A stretch of DNA of 64,000 nucleotides from positions 2,921 to 66,920 of the forward strand of contig CALRFG010000005.1 of NCBI GenBank assembly GCA_943356525.1, in the 5' to 3' direction. Positions 18,531 through 27,551 of this stretch are shown piece after piece. The stretch is from Candidatus Nomurabacteria bacterium. Its GTDB lineage: Bacteria > Patescibacteriota > Minisyncoccia > Phycocordibacterales > CAIZLB01. How positions within the stretch are numbered: the stretch's first letter is position 1; each line of letters opens with the position of its first letter. Made by a program: the position numbers and the translations under genes. The notes beneath the pieces were generated by a model, which saw only the letters and a program-made list of their open reading frames with translations, made no database searches and had not been told where the DNA came from.

Positions 18531-19304
18531 ATGTTTTTATCAAATCACCATTCATTTACAATAGTAAGTAAAAAATCTTTAAAGAGAAAAGATGATTTAA
18601 TATTATCTCAGAATTTTGAAGAGGATGTTAAAGTAAACGTTAATGATGATGACAGACGCAATTTTCTAAAAATCTTAGGCGGGGCTTCGGTCGGTGCTGC
18701 TGTTTTATCTATGATTCCCTCTAAAGCCCAAGCTTATATAATTGGTAGTTCACCAACTGCTGGTATAGTAGGTGTTAAAAATAGTTTAAATGTCGGGGTT
18801 AACCCAGCAACAGAAGATGGAAACCTTGCAACATTGACTGCTAAAGATTTTGCAACAGAGACAACATTAAACACCTTAAACAGTAAGGATTTTGCAACAG
18901 AGACAACACTTGCAACCCGTGCTTCTGAAACTACATTATCTGCCATAAAAACTAATTCTGATAAGTTTTTATTTGATGTAGGTGGAAACCTTCTTACTGC
19001 GTCAACAGGAGGTGCTGCTGGAGCTGTAACAGTAAAAGACACAACAAATACTCAGATAAACCCAGCTACTGACGAGAGTATTTTATATCTTAGACGTATG
19101 GTTAAGTTGATGGAATCTCAAGCGGTTGTTGATAGTCAGATGAGACAGAGAATCGTAGTTGATATTATGCCCTCAGTTACTATTACTTCAGGTACTGTTA
19201 CAACATTAAACCAGATAGCTGGTGTTGATTCACGTTGGCAAATACTAGACTGGTCAAGACAAGCGTACAACAGTGGTATTAGAGGTAATCTTTTAAACTC
19301 TTAA
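18531..19304 (+). CDS. Twin-arginine (Tat) signal protein with ATETTL repeats
   Basis: DRRNFLK + hydrophobic stretch + AQA cleavage site; 21-nt repeat at 18846-18866 and 18888-18908 (42-nt period). Confidence 0.7.
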   Translation: MFLSNHHSFTIVSKKSLKRKDDLILSQNFEEDVKVNVNDDDRRNFLKILGGASVGAAVLSMIPSKAQAYIIGSSPTAGIVGVKNSLNVGVNPATEDGNLATLTAKDFATETTLNTLNSKDFATETTLATRASETTLSAIKTNSDKFLFDVGGNLLTASTGGAAGAVTVKDTTNTQINPATDESILYLRRMVKLMESQAVVDSQMRQRIVVDIMPSVTITSGTVTTLNQIAGVDSRWQILDWSRQAYNSGIRGNLLNS

Positions 19305-19307
19305 CTT

Positions 19308-22184
19308 ATGGCAATAACAAACAATTTAAAAAAACAAATAGATCTGCCGGTATGGGAATGGTGTCGTTTTGCACCTTCAGTAACTACAGCTGTTTCATCC
19401 TTGACGACTGGAAACAACTTGCTAAACCGCTTCTTGTACTATCAGGTATCAAACCTTCTCTATAGATATGATACTCACACTGATACATGGCATCAGCTGT
19501 CATCAACTCCAGCCAACACGCCAACTATCATGAACTCAAATGTTTTAAGCAACTCGGTAGGACATTATGGACAAGCTATATCAGGAGGGGTCAATACTAT
19601 ACAGCTTGCAGGACTTTCTGGACAAGTTTTGGTCGGATACAAAATACGTATATTATCAGGTACAGGTGTAGGACAGGAAAGAACAATAACCCAAGTATCT
19701 CTGCCAACTTATCATGAAAGAGGTGTTGTAACTACAACGAGTAGTACGCAGATAATCGATGCTTCAACAGGTATAGGTTTAAAACAATGGAAAACAAATC
19801 AGTGGAAAAATTATCAAGTTCGTATAGACTTTGGAACAGGTAGAACACAACTTAGGCCTATACTATACAATACACAAAACACTCTTACGTTTAGTGATCC
19901 AAACTATTTAACGGTAAACCCTTGGGCAAACACCCCCTTGATGGTTGGCGCGACTGCATCCTCATCTTTATTTGTTATAGAAAGTCATCAAGTTACTGTA
20001 AATACAAACTGGACAGTTCAACCCGACTCAACCTCAAATTTTGTTATTTTATCAGGTGGTATTTGGAATGTGTCACAAGGTACAGCATCGTCACCGTTCT
20101 TTTCCTTTATGTATTACGACATACTCTCTGATGTGTGGTATCAAAAATCAACTCAATCTGGTTTAAAAGCTGCAGTTTTTGGTGCCACTTCAGATCTTTC
20201 TCTTGAACGATTTACTGAGTTTGGGGGTGCTTTGTTTACAGAAACTGCTGCTGGAGGGGGTGCAAGATTTATTACTGCTTCGACCCCACTTATACCTATG
20301 AGTTACGCTAACTTAGAAATACGTATAGTTAACGGTACAGGTAAAGGTCAATCATTGTCTATTATTAGTAATACTGCCACACGAATAAATACTACCACCA
20401 ATTGGGATGTAATCCCTGATAATACTTCTGTTTATGAAATATGGAGAGATGTTAGTAAGATATTTCTTATAGGTGGAGGTGACTCATCAATGTTTCAGTA
20501 TTCGCAGACTAGTGACCAGTGGACAACAGGAAAACAACTTGATTACGGTCAATGTAATCAGTTAGCTGCTACAAAAATAGGTCAAAGTCCATTTGCCTTA
20601 ACGTCTATAACGAGAACAGCGACCGGTATTACTGGTTTGAACGCGACACCGACGGCCGGGGGTACTGGATATAATATAAATGATTTGCTTACACTTGCTA
20701 TTGGATCAGGTGGTATTGCTCGTGTTACTGCTATATCAAGTACCGGTGCTGTAACTGCGGTCACAATCGAATCAGTTGGAACAGGTTACTCTGTGACATC
20801 AGGTATTGCAACCACTGTTGTACCAGCCGGAGGTACGGGGTGTACACTACAGGTGACTGCTGTTGATTTTACAGAACTAGCTTTAACTCCCATACCTCAT
20901 AACTTTAAGGTTGGTGATACTGTTACTATGTCCGGAGCAAGTGGTACAGGTGCTGCAAAATTTAATGGAACCTACACAATCATCGGTATACCTGCTTTAA
21001 CAACAAATCTTTCTTTCAGTTATTGTTCTGTTGGTGATCCGGGTGCGGCAAGTGCAACTATAGCAAATTCACCATCTACGACTCAGCTTGTAGATTGTAC
21101 TAAAAACTGGACCGTAAACGAGCATGTTGGTAAACTTATCCAGATTTCAAATAATGCTGTTTTAGCAACCGGTCAAGTTAGACGTATTGTTTCAAATACT
21201 GCCACAACTTTAGTTTGGACATTGGCAGCAACCGCACCTGTAAACGGTTTAAATAGATATGTTATAGAAGATATAAAACCTTTTGGAACGGAGCGTATGT
21301 CTAAAGGTGAGATAACTGGAACAGAAGGTTTTGCAACTGGTGGATCGACAACAACTATCATTGATACTACAAAAGCTTGGGAGACAAACTATTGGTCTAG
21401 AACTGTGAACCGTAAGGTTCGTATAGTTGAAGGAACAGGTGTTGGTGCTGAACTTCCTATCACTTCAAACACTGCTACAACACTTACTTTTGCAGCACAA
21501 TCATTCACAGTTGATACGACAACTCGATATGTCATCATGGATACATTTGGAACTGCTACTGCTGGCTCTACTGGTGCACTTACTGATACTGCACAAAACT
21601 GGGAAACAAACTACTGGGTAGGGCGTAGAGTAAAATTTTTGTCAGGGACAGGACAGGGAAATGAGTATTCTATTACATCAAACACTTCAAACACACTCAA
21701 TTTTGCCGTTGCGACTGCACCAGATACATCAACTGCATATGCTATACTTGAGGCAACTCCAAAAACAAGTGGTTTACATCTTGATTGTATAGTAGGATCT
21801 TCCGATACGACCCTAAATAGCAAGTATGTGTATGCATGGACTGGATCAGGTACATCGGAAATTTCTAGATACAATATAAATACAGAGCATTGGGAATATT
21901 TGGCATATTTTCCACAATCGGAAACTCTGTCAACTGGTGCTATGTATTGTTATGATGGTGAAGATAGGATTTATTATTTACAAGGTTTCACAACTACGGC
22001 CAAGTTGATGTACTATGACTTGGTAAAAAACATAGTTGTACCAGCCTCTCAACCTCCATACGGTATGGGAATTTCAGTATCAGGTAACCGTATGGAGATA
22101 ATAGAAACAGAGGATGGTTTGAAATATTTATACCTGATGAGACAATCAGGTAACGAGATGTGGAGAATATTATTATACTTTTAA
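19308..22184 (+). CDS. Large Thr/Gly-rich beta-repeat protein, phage tail-fibre/structural-like
   Basis: About six copies of a W-x-x-N-x-W...(I/V)R(I/F)xxGTGxGQ...IxSNT unit; kelch-like segments (YRYDxxTDTW); no signal peptide. Confidence 0.6.
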   Translation: MAITNNLKKQIDLPVWEWCRFAPSVTTAVSSLTTGNNLLNRFLYYQVSNLLYRYDTHTDTWHQLSSTPANTPTIMNSNVLSNSVGHYGQAISGGVNTIQLAGLSGQVLVGYKIRILSGTGVGQERTITQVSLPTYHERGVVTTTSSTQIIDASTGIGLKQWKTNQWKNYQVRIDFGTGRTQLRPILYNTQNTLTFSDPNYLTVNPWANTPLMVGATASSSLFVIESHQVTVNTNWTVQPDSTSNFVILSGGIWNVSQGTASSPFFSFMYYDILSDVWYQKSTQSGLKAAVFGATSDLSLERFTEFGGALFTETAAGGGARFITASTPLIPMSYANLEIRIVNGTGKGQSLSIISNTATRINTTTNWDVIPDNTSVYEIWRDVSKIFLIGGGDSSMFQYSQTSDQWTTGKQLDYGQCNQLAATKIGQSPFALTSITRTATGITGLNATPTAGGTGYNINDLLTLAIGSGGIARVTAISSTGAVTAVTIESVGTGYSVTSGIATTVVPAGGTGCTLQVTAVDFTELALTPIPHNFKVGDTVTMSGASGTGAAKFNGTYTIIGIPALTTNLSFSYCSVGDPGAASATIANSPSTTQLVDCTKNWTVNEHVGKLIQISNNAVLATGQVRRIVSNTATTLVWTLAATAPVNGLNRYVIEDIKPFGTERMSKGEITGTEGFATGGSTTTIIDTTKAWETNYWSRTVNRKVRIVEGTGVGAELPITSNTATTLTFAAQSFTVDTTTRYVIMDTFGTATAGSTGALTDTAQNWETNYWVGRRVKFLSGTGQGNEYSITSNTSNTLNFAVATAPDTSTAYAILEATPKTSGLHLDCIVGSSDTTLNSKYVYAWTGSGTSEISRYNINTEHWEYLAYFPQSETLSTGAMYCYDGEDRIYYLQGFTTTAKLMYYDLVKNIVVPASQPPYGMGISVSGNRMEIIETEDGLKYLYLMRQSGNEMWRILLYF

Positions 22185-22193
22185 TACAATATC

Positions 22194-23132
22194 ATGAATA
22201 TAGATTATCTTATACAATTATTAACAAATAGACTCTCAAAACTTGTTCTTACAAAAGATCAAGCTTTTTCCTCTGGAGATCTTGAGAGAATAAATACTGT
22301 TGATGGTGAGATACTAGATGTGCACAATACACTTTCAAAACTTAGGCTTGTATTAAACGTAGACGAGGCTGCAGCTGTATCATCTTTGTCTGCTTCACAA
22401 ATAGTGCAAAGGGGAATAGAGTCTATTTTTACACCAAGTATTATAAACGGTTCTACTGAAGTAATGTTAAAATATAATATAGTTCCATATGCTACAGATC
22501 CGTATCACGAGACTAAGATTCAAACAATATTAGAAAATATGGGAAGTATGGATCGTTATGATCAAATAGATACTTACTTGAGGAGAAGTACACCAGACAC
22601 CCCACTTACAGGTTTGATGATTTACAATTCTGCTATGAAATATAACGTAGACATCCGTTTGATGATGGCTATTATGGAACTTGATTCTAGATATGGAACA
22701 CAAGGTTTAGGTGCTAGAACTTTTAACCCTGGCAATGTTGGTAATAATGGTTTTGAGGAAAGAAGCTATGGTTCATGGGAGGCCGGGGTTGATGCAGTAG
22801 CAAACTGGTTAAATAATCATAGAATCGCACAAGATAATACAATTACAATTAGTCCTACTATTGAACCACAACCGTCGATTTCTTTCATAACGATTCCATC
22901 TATCGTTCCAGCTGTTTCCAGTATAGTCATAACACCTGATACCGCTAGTGGTTTGACATCGGCGGCCACCTCAACAGTTTCTTTTGACATAGCTAGTTCT
23001 ACAGAGCCTGTTGCTGTAACTTCTACGACAACAGAAACTTTGGCCATAAGTACAGATTCCATTGTCGATACAGTTACTATCGATATAGCAACAACAACTG
23101 ACGCTACTGCAAGTTTTACAGAATCAAATTAG
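22194..23132 (+). CDS. Lysozyme-like (glucosaminidase/transglycosylase-like) protein with N-terminal helical domain and S/T-rich tail
   Basis: KYNVDIRLMMAIMELDSRYGT...NPGNV...SWEAGV. Confidence 0.6.
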   Translation: MNIDYLIQLLTNRLSKLVLTKDQAFSSGDLERINTVDGEILDVHNTLSKLRLVLNVDEAAAVSSLSASQIVQRGIESIFTPSIINGSTEVMLKYNIVPYATDPYHETKIQTILENMGSMDRYDQIDTYLRRSTPDTPLTGLMIYNSAMKYNVDIRLMMAIMELDSRYGTQGLGARTFNPGNVGNNGFEERSYGSWEAGVDAVANWLNNHRIAQDNTITISPTIEPQPSISFITIPSIVPAVSSIVITPDTASGLTSAATSTVSFDIASSTEPVAVTSTTTETLAISTDSIVDTVTIDIATTTDATASFTESN

Positions 23133-23169
23133 TATAGAGCTGTAGAATCGTGCTAATCTTACTTCATAT

Positions 23170-23901
23170 ATGGAAAAGGTACACGGAAAATACGAAAAAT
23201 TTTATCCATATTTGGAAGACTTAAAACAACGTTTATATAAAGGGGTTGTTCTTTTTTCTATTATGTTTTTTGTAGGTTTTTTTCAAACATCTATAATACT
23301 TAGATATATTATTTCAAATTTAAATATAAAAGATGTAGTAATAGCAGCAACCTCACCTTTTCAATTTACAAGTCTTGCAACGGATGTTGGTTTCTTTTTA
23401 GCTATTATTGTTTCTATTCCTTATTTTATGTATAACGTATATGCATTTATAGCACCAGCTATAACAAAAAAAGAAAGAAATTTTATATATCTATCAATAC
23501 CTGTTTGTTTGTTATTATTTACCTTTGGATTTTTGTACGGTTTTTTTATACTTTACTATACACTTCAGTTATTGGCCAACATAAATACAGGAATAGGAAT
23601 TCAAAATATTTGGGATGTTAGTAATTTTATAATGCAGATATTTATGACAGCAAGTTTTTTGGGCTTATTTTTTGAGTTTCCAATTATCATGACTCTTATG
23701 ATAAAAACTAATATGTTAAATGTAAAAACACTTAAAAATAAAAGAAGAATAGCCTATTTTCTAATATTTGCATTGACAGCTTTACTTCCACCAACTGATG
23801 GTATATCATTAATAGCAATATCTTTGCCACTTATACTTTTATATGAAGTGACAATTTTATTTAATAATAATAATAAAAATAATAAAATAAAAATATGTTA
23901 G
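23170..23901 (+). CDS. tatC: Twin-arginine translocase subunit TatC
   Basis: YLEDLKQRL, ATSPF, FIAPAITKKE, FEFP, ALLPPTD, LLYE; six TM helices. Confidence 0.85.
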   Translation: MEKVHGKYEKFYPYLEDLKQRLYKGVVLFSIMFFVGFFQTSIILRYIISNLNIKDVVIAATSPFQFTSLATDVGFFLAIIVSIPYFMYNVYAFIAPAITKKERNFIYLSIPVCLLLFTFGFLYGFFILYYTLQLLANINTGIGIQNIWDVSNFIMQIFMTASFLGLFFEFPIIMTLMIKTNMLNVKTLKNKRRIAYFLIFALTALLPPTDGISLIAISLPLILLYEVTILFNNNNKNNKIKIC

Positions 23902-24059
23902 GATTAGGAAACAGAGAAATAATAATATTAGCAATTATTTTAGTTTTACTATTTGGAGCAAAGAAAATTCCAGAACTTGCAAGAGGTGTGGGTGATGCAG
24001 TACGTCATATAAGAAATGGTTTTACAGACGAAGTCGATAAGGATGGAAAAAAGAAATAA
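23895..24059 (+). CDS. tatA: Twin-arginine translocase TatA/TatE subunit (54 aa)
   Basis: Manual translation MLGLGNREIIILAIILVLLFGAKKIPELARGVGDAVRHIRNGF..., with the FGxxK(I/L)P hallmark; below the ORF-track cutoff. Confidence 0.9.
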   Translation: MLGLGNREIIILAIILVLLFGAKKIPELARGVGDAVRHIRNGFTDEVDKDGKKK

Positions 24060-24075
24060 TTCATTTGAATAAAAA

Positions 24076-24690
24076 ATGTCACACGTAAAGAGGATAGTTT
24101 TTTGGACAATATTGCTGATTGGGTCAGCGGTATTGTTTTATTTTTGGTCAACAAATCAAATGCTTATGATAAAGGCAGAAGAATCGGTTTACTCTGAACC
24201 TCAGACAGCTTTATCTGTGCAAAAAGAAGTTATAATCACTCCTAAATTTTACACCGTATCAACTTCAAGTTTTATGAAAATATTAACAATGAAAGATCTT
24301 GATTTAAATGAGTGGTCAAGTTCAACTCTCAAAATCAGTTCAACTACCATAGATTCTACAGATTTTGCTTTCAATTTCCCTAATGAAAAAAGTCTATTAT
24401 ATCAAAACTGTACTTACAGGGTAGAACTTGATTTTGGTGATAGCTTAAAACCTAACTATATGGGAGTTTTACTTGTAGATGCCGGTACACAAAAAGAGGT
24501 TAAATCAAAAGATAGTGGACTTATTTATTCATCAACATTCAAAGAAAATATTTTCTTGTGGAGTGTTGGAAATATATGGCCTGGAGAATATTATTTATCC
24601 ATACCGATGATCGAAGGTAAGGAGGTTGTAGTAAAAAGTAAAAAATTTATTATTGAAGAAAAACCTGAAGGCTATGTATGTAAAAAATAG
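24076..24690 (+). CDS. Membrane-anchored hypothetical protein
   Basis: N-terminal TM segment, beta-rich remainder. Confidence 0.6.
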   Translation: MSHVKRIVFWTILLIGSAVLFYFWSTNQMLMIKAEESVYSEPQTALSVQKEVIITPKFYTVSTSSFMKILTMKDLDLNEWSSSTLKISSTTIDSTDFAFNFPNEKSLLYQNCTYRVELDFGDSLKPNYMGVLLVDAGTQKEVKSKDSGLIYSSTFKENIFLWSVGNIWPGEYYLSIPMIEGKEVVVKSKKFIIEEKPEGYVCKK

Positions 24691-24728
24691 TTTTATATTT
24701 TATTTTTTTATCGTATAATTACTTCAAC

Positions 24729-26636
24729 ATGAAGACAAAAATATTATTTTCTATAATTATAGTTTTTGTTTTTACGTCTCTAAATGTTTACGCTGGAACC
24801 GAAAGGGTTTACTTGGGACAAACGATAAGAATAGGAGATTTTGTTTTTGAAGATGACTACACTCCAAGTACTGATGATTGTACTATTTCCATATATGACC
24901 CGAGTGGTGTACAGAAGGTAACTGAGCAAATAATGTTAGATAATGTTAGCGGTTGGCATTATTATGATTATACTGTTGGCATAAATGAAGTGACTGGAAA
25001 ATGGCCTGTTATTATGTCTTGCGGAAGTAATTTAACTCTTGATTTGGTTAAAGTTAATAAAGATTTTATCGTTGAGGTTGATACAACACTCTCAACTTCT
25101 ACCATAGCAGCTTCTGTTTCTACTTCGGTTTGGTCAAATCCATTACGAACTTTGACCGACTATGCAACATCATCCATAGCTGCTGCTATTTGGGGTTCAG
25201 CAAATAGAAGTCTTACCACTTTTGGAAGTTTAGTTTCTGATATATGGGCAAGCCCGACACGTGACCTTACAAGTTATGGAAATAACATAACCGCTGTAGA
25301 TGTATGGAATGCTGCAAACAGGTCTTTAACTGATTATTCAACTTCAAGTATAGCCAATGCTTCAGCTGATCTGGTTTGGAACAAGGCTTCTTCACAGCTT
25401 AACAGTATTGGTTCTATTGGTAAATTATTAACAGATAATATCGATGCGCAGATATCAAGTAGGGGAACAAGTTCTCTAACAGCTCTTGATGTTTGGAATG
25501 CTGGAACAAGATCTCTTACAAATTATTCTGAATCATCTATTGCTTCAGCTGCAGCGACAGCAGTGTGGGCAAATGGATCAAAAGAGCTTACAAATTACGG
25601 TAATGATATAACCGCAGCTGATGTATGGAGTGTTTTAACATCAAACCTAACAACAATAAATTCTATTGGAAAATTACTGGCTGACAATGTTGACTCACAA
25701 GTCTCAACTCGAGCAAATTTAACAAATCAAGAAGCTGGCTGGACAGTAAACATGTCTGATTTCACAACGGTTCAGACAGGTAAAACCTATAGAGCAAAAG
25801 TTTCTATTTTGAATTACCAATCTATACAAACAAATCCTTTTTCAACCCCAACGATAACCCTATTTGATCCAAGTAGGAATGTTGTTGTTTCAAACATTGC
25901 AATGACAAACATATCACCAGGTATATATGAATACACATATACTGTTGCAGGTACTGCAGAGCAAGGTGTATGGGAAGGTGTTGTAAATACTCAAGTTGAA
26001 TCCGGAAAAACTATAAATACAAATGATTATTGGCTAGTGGCAGGTTCACCGGCACAGGTTATTATTAACGGAGTTACGACATCAGGGCCTACTGTAACTG
26101 CAAACTTGACTGTAACAAACGAAGGTCTTGCTGGTTATGAATATCAATATGAATGGTGTGTTGTTTCAGATATAAACAATCCATGTGGTGGAGGTGATGA
26201 TGTATATAGAGGAACAGGGGCTAAGTACATAAATCCAGGTGAAGATTGGAATACTAACCTAACAGCTACTGTTACAACTGATGGGAATTATTATTTTAAA
26301 GTTATAGTTTATTTTGGGACTGAAAAATCTGGATCATCAAGAACATTTACTATGACAGGGGCAAATGTTATTACACCTCCTGCAGGTGGCGGTGGTGGAG
26401 GAGGTGGCGGTGGTGGAGGAGCTTATTCTTCCAGTGTGGCTGTATGTATGGGTGGGGACCTCAATGGAGATAAAAAAGTAAATACAGTAGATTTCTCTAT
26501 ATTACTTTCATTTTGGAAAACAAAACCACCGTTTAAAAATTCTTGTGTTGATATAAATAAAGATGGAAATATAAACACTTCTGACTTCTCTATACTATTA
26601 TCTCAATGGGGAACTAAAGGTAAAAATATAAAATAA
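24729..26636 (+). CDS. Secreted repeat protein with C-terminal dockerin domain
   Basis: Signal peptide; (V/I)WxxxxRxLT repeats; poly-Gly linker; duplicated GDLNGDKKVNTVDFSILL / DINKDGNINTSDFSILL. Confidence 0.8.
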   Translation: MKTKILFSIIIVFVFTSLNVYAGTERVYLGQTIRIGDFVFEDDYTPSTDDCTISIYDPSGVQKVTEQIMLDNVSGWHYYDYTVGINEVTGKWPVIMSCGSNLTLDLVKVNKDFIVEVDTTLSTSTIAASVSTSVWSNPLRTLTDYATSSIAAAIWGSANRSLTTFGSLVSDIWASPTRDLTSYGNNITAVDVWNAANRSLTDYSTSSIANASADLVWNKASSQLNSIGSIGKLLTDNIDAQISSRGTSSLTALDVWNAGTRSLTNYSESSIASAAATAVWANGSKELTNYGNDITAADVWSVLTSNLTTINSIGKLLADNVDSQVSTRANLTNQEAGWTVNMSDFTTVQTGKTYRAKVSILNYQSIQTNPFSTPTITLFDPSRNVVVSNIAMTNISPGIYEYTYTVAGTAEQGVWEGVVNTQVESGKTINTNDYWLVAGSPAQVIINGVTTSGPTVTANLTVTNEGLAGYEYQYEWCVVSDINNPCGGGDDVYRGTGAKYINPGEDWNTNLTATVTTDGNYYFKVIVYFGTEKSGSSRTFTMTGANVITPPAGGGGGGGGGGGGAYSSSVAVCMGGDLNGDKKVNTVDFSILLSFWKTKPPFKNSCVDINKDGNINTSDFSILLSQWGTKGKNIK

Positions 26637-26647
26637 TATAAATAAAT

Positions 26648-27544
26648 ATGTTAATTCATCATAATTTTAAAAAAATAGTAAAATCAACACTCATTTTATG
26701 TGTTATTTTAATTTCTATTAAAAGTGAGGCTATGTCTCTGTATTTTGAAAAACCTGAGTCAGAAATACGTGTTGGCGATACTGTCATGTTAAATATCTTT
26801 CTAGATACTGAAAATATTGAAGTTAATGGGATAGAAGGTGTTGCAAAAATATCAGGTGCCGGAGTGGTTAGTAATTTAAATGTAGCAGGTTCTGTTTTTA
26901 GTCTGTGGCCAAATAAACCATCACTCTTAGGTGAAGAAGTTAGTTTTGTTGGCGGAACACCTTCAGGTGTGTTCGGTAAGAAGAATAAAGTATTTAGTAT
27001 TTTTTTTAAAGCAACAGAGGTAGGTAAGGTTAATCTTTCTATAAAGCAGGCCGACGTTTTTTTAAATGATGGTAAAGGTACAAAATTAGCCTTACTTGGT
27101 ATAAATGAAGTTTTAGATATTTCTAAATCAATCAATGAATCCAAGAATGAATTGAGTAATTTAATTATAAACGATAAGGTTTTACCAAATCCATTTAAAA
27201 TAGAATTGGGAAAAGACCCAAACATGTTTGATGGAAAATATTTTATAAGCTTTTACTCTACTGATGATATGTCCGGTATAAATAGATATGAAGTTAGAGA
27301 GAATAATTTACCAGCTGTAAGATCTGGTAATACTTATGTTTTGGAAGACCAATCTTTAAGTGGGAAAGTCGAAGTTAAAGTGATAGATAATGCTGGTAAT
27401 TTTACTATCAAAACAATAGACCTTAAAGAAAAAGATAATAAATATAATTCATATATATTATTACTAATTATTATTATTATTTGTATATTATTATATTTTA
27501 AGATTAAAAAAATAAGAAAAAGTAAGAAAAAAAATAAAAAATAA
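26648..27544 (+). CDS. Cohesin-domain protein with C-terminal TM anchor
   Basis: VGDTVMLNIFLDT...SVFSLWP...SFVGGTP...LNDGKGT cohesin-like pattern; TM + Lys-rich tail. Confidence 0.7.
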   Translation: MLIHHNFKKIVKSTLILCVILISIKSEAMSLYFEKPESEIRVGDTVMLNIFLDTENIEVNGIEGVAKISGAGVVSNLNVAGSVFSLWPNKPSLLGEEVSFVGGTPSGVFGKKNKVFSIFFKATEVGKVNLSIKQADVFLNDGKGTKLALLGINEVLDISKSINESKNELSNLIINDKVLPNPFKIELGKDPNMFDGKYFISFYSTDDMSGINRYEVRENNLPAVRSGNTYVLEDQSLSGKVEVKVIDNAGNFTIKTIDLKEKDNKYNSYILLLIIIIICILLYFKIKKIRKSKKKNKK

Positions 27545-27551
27545 TATTGTC

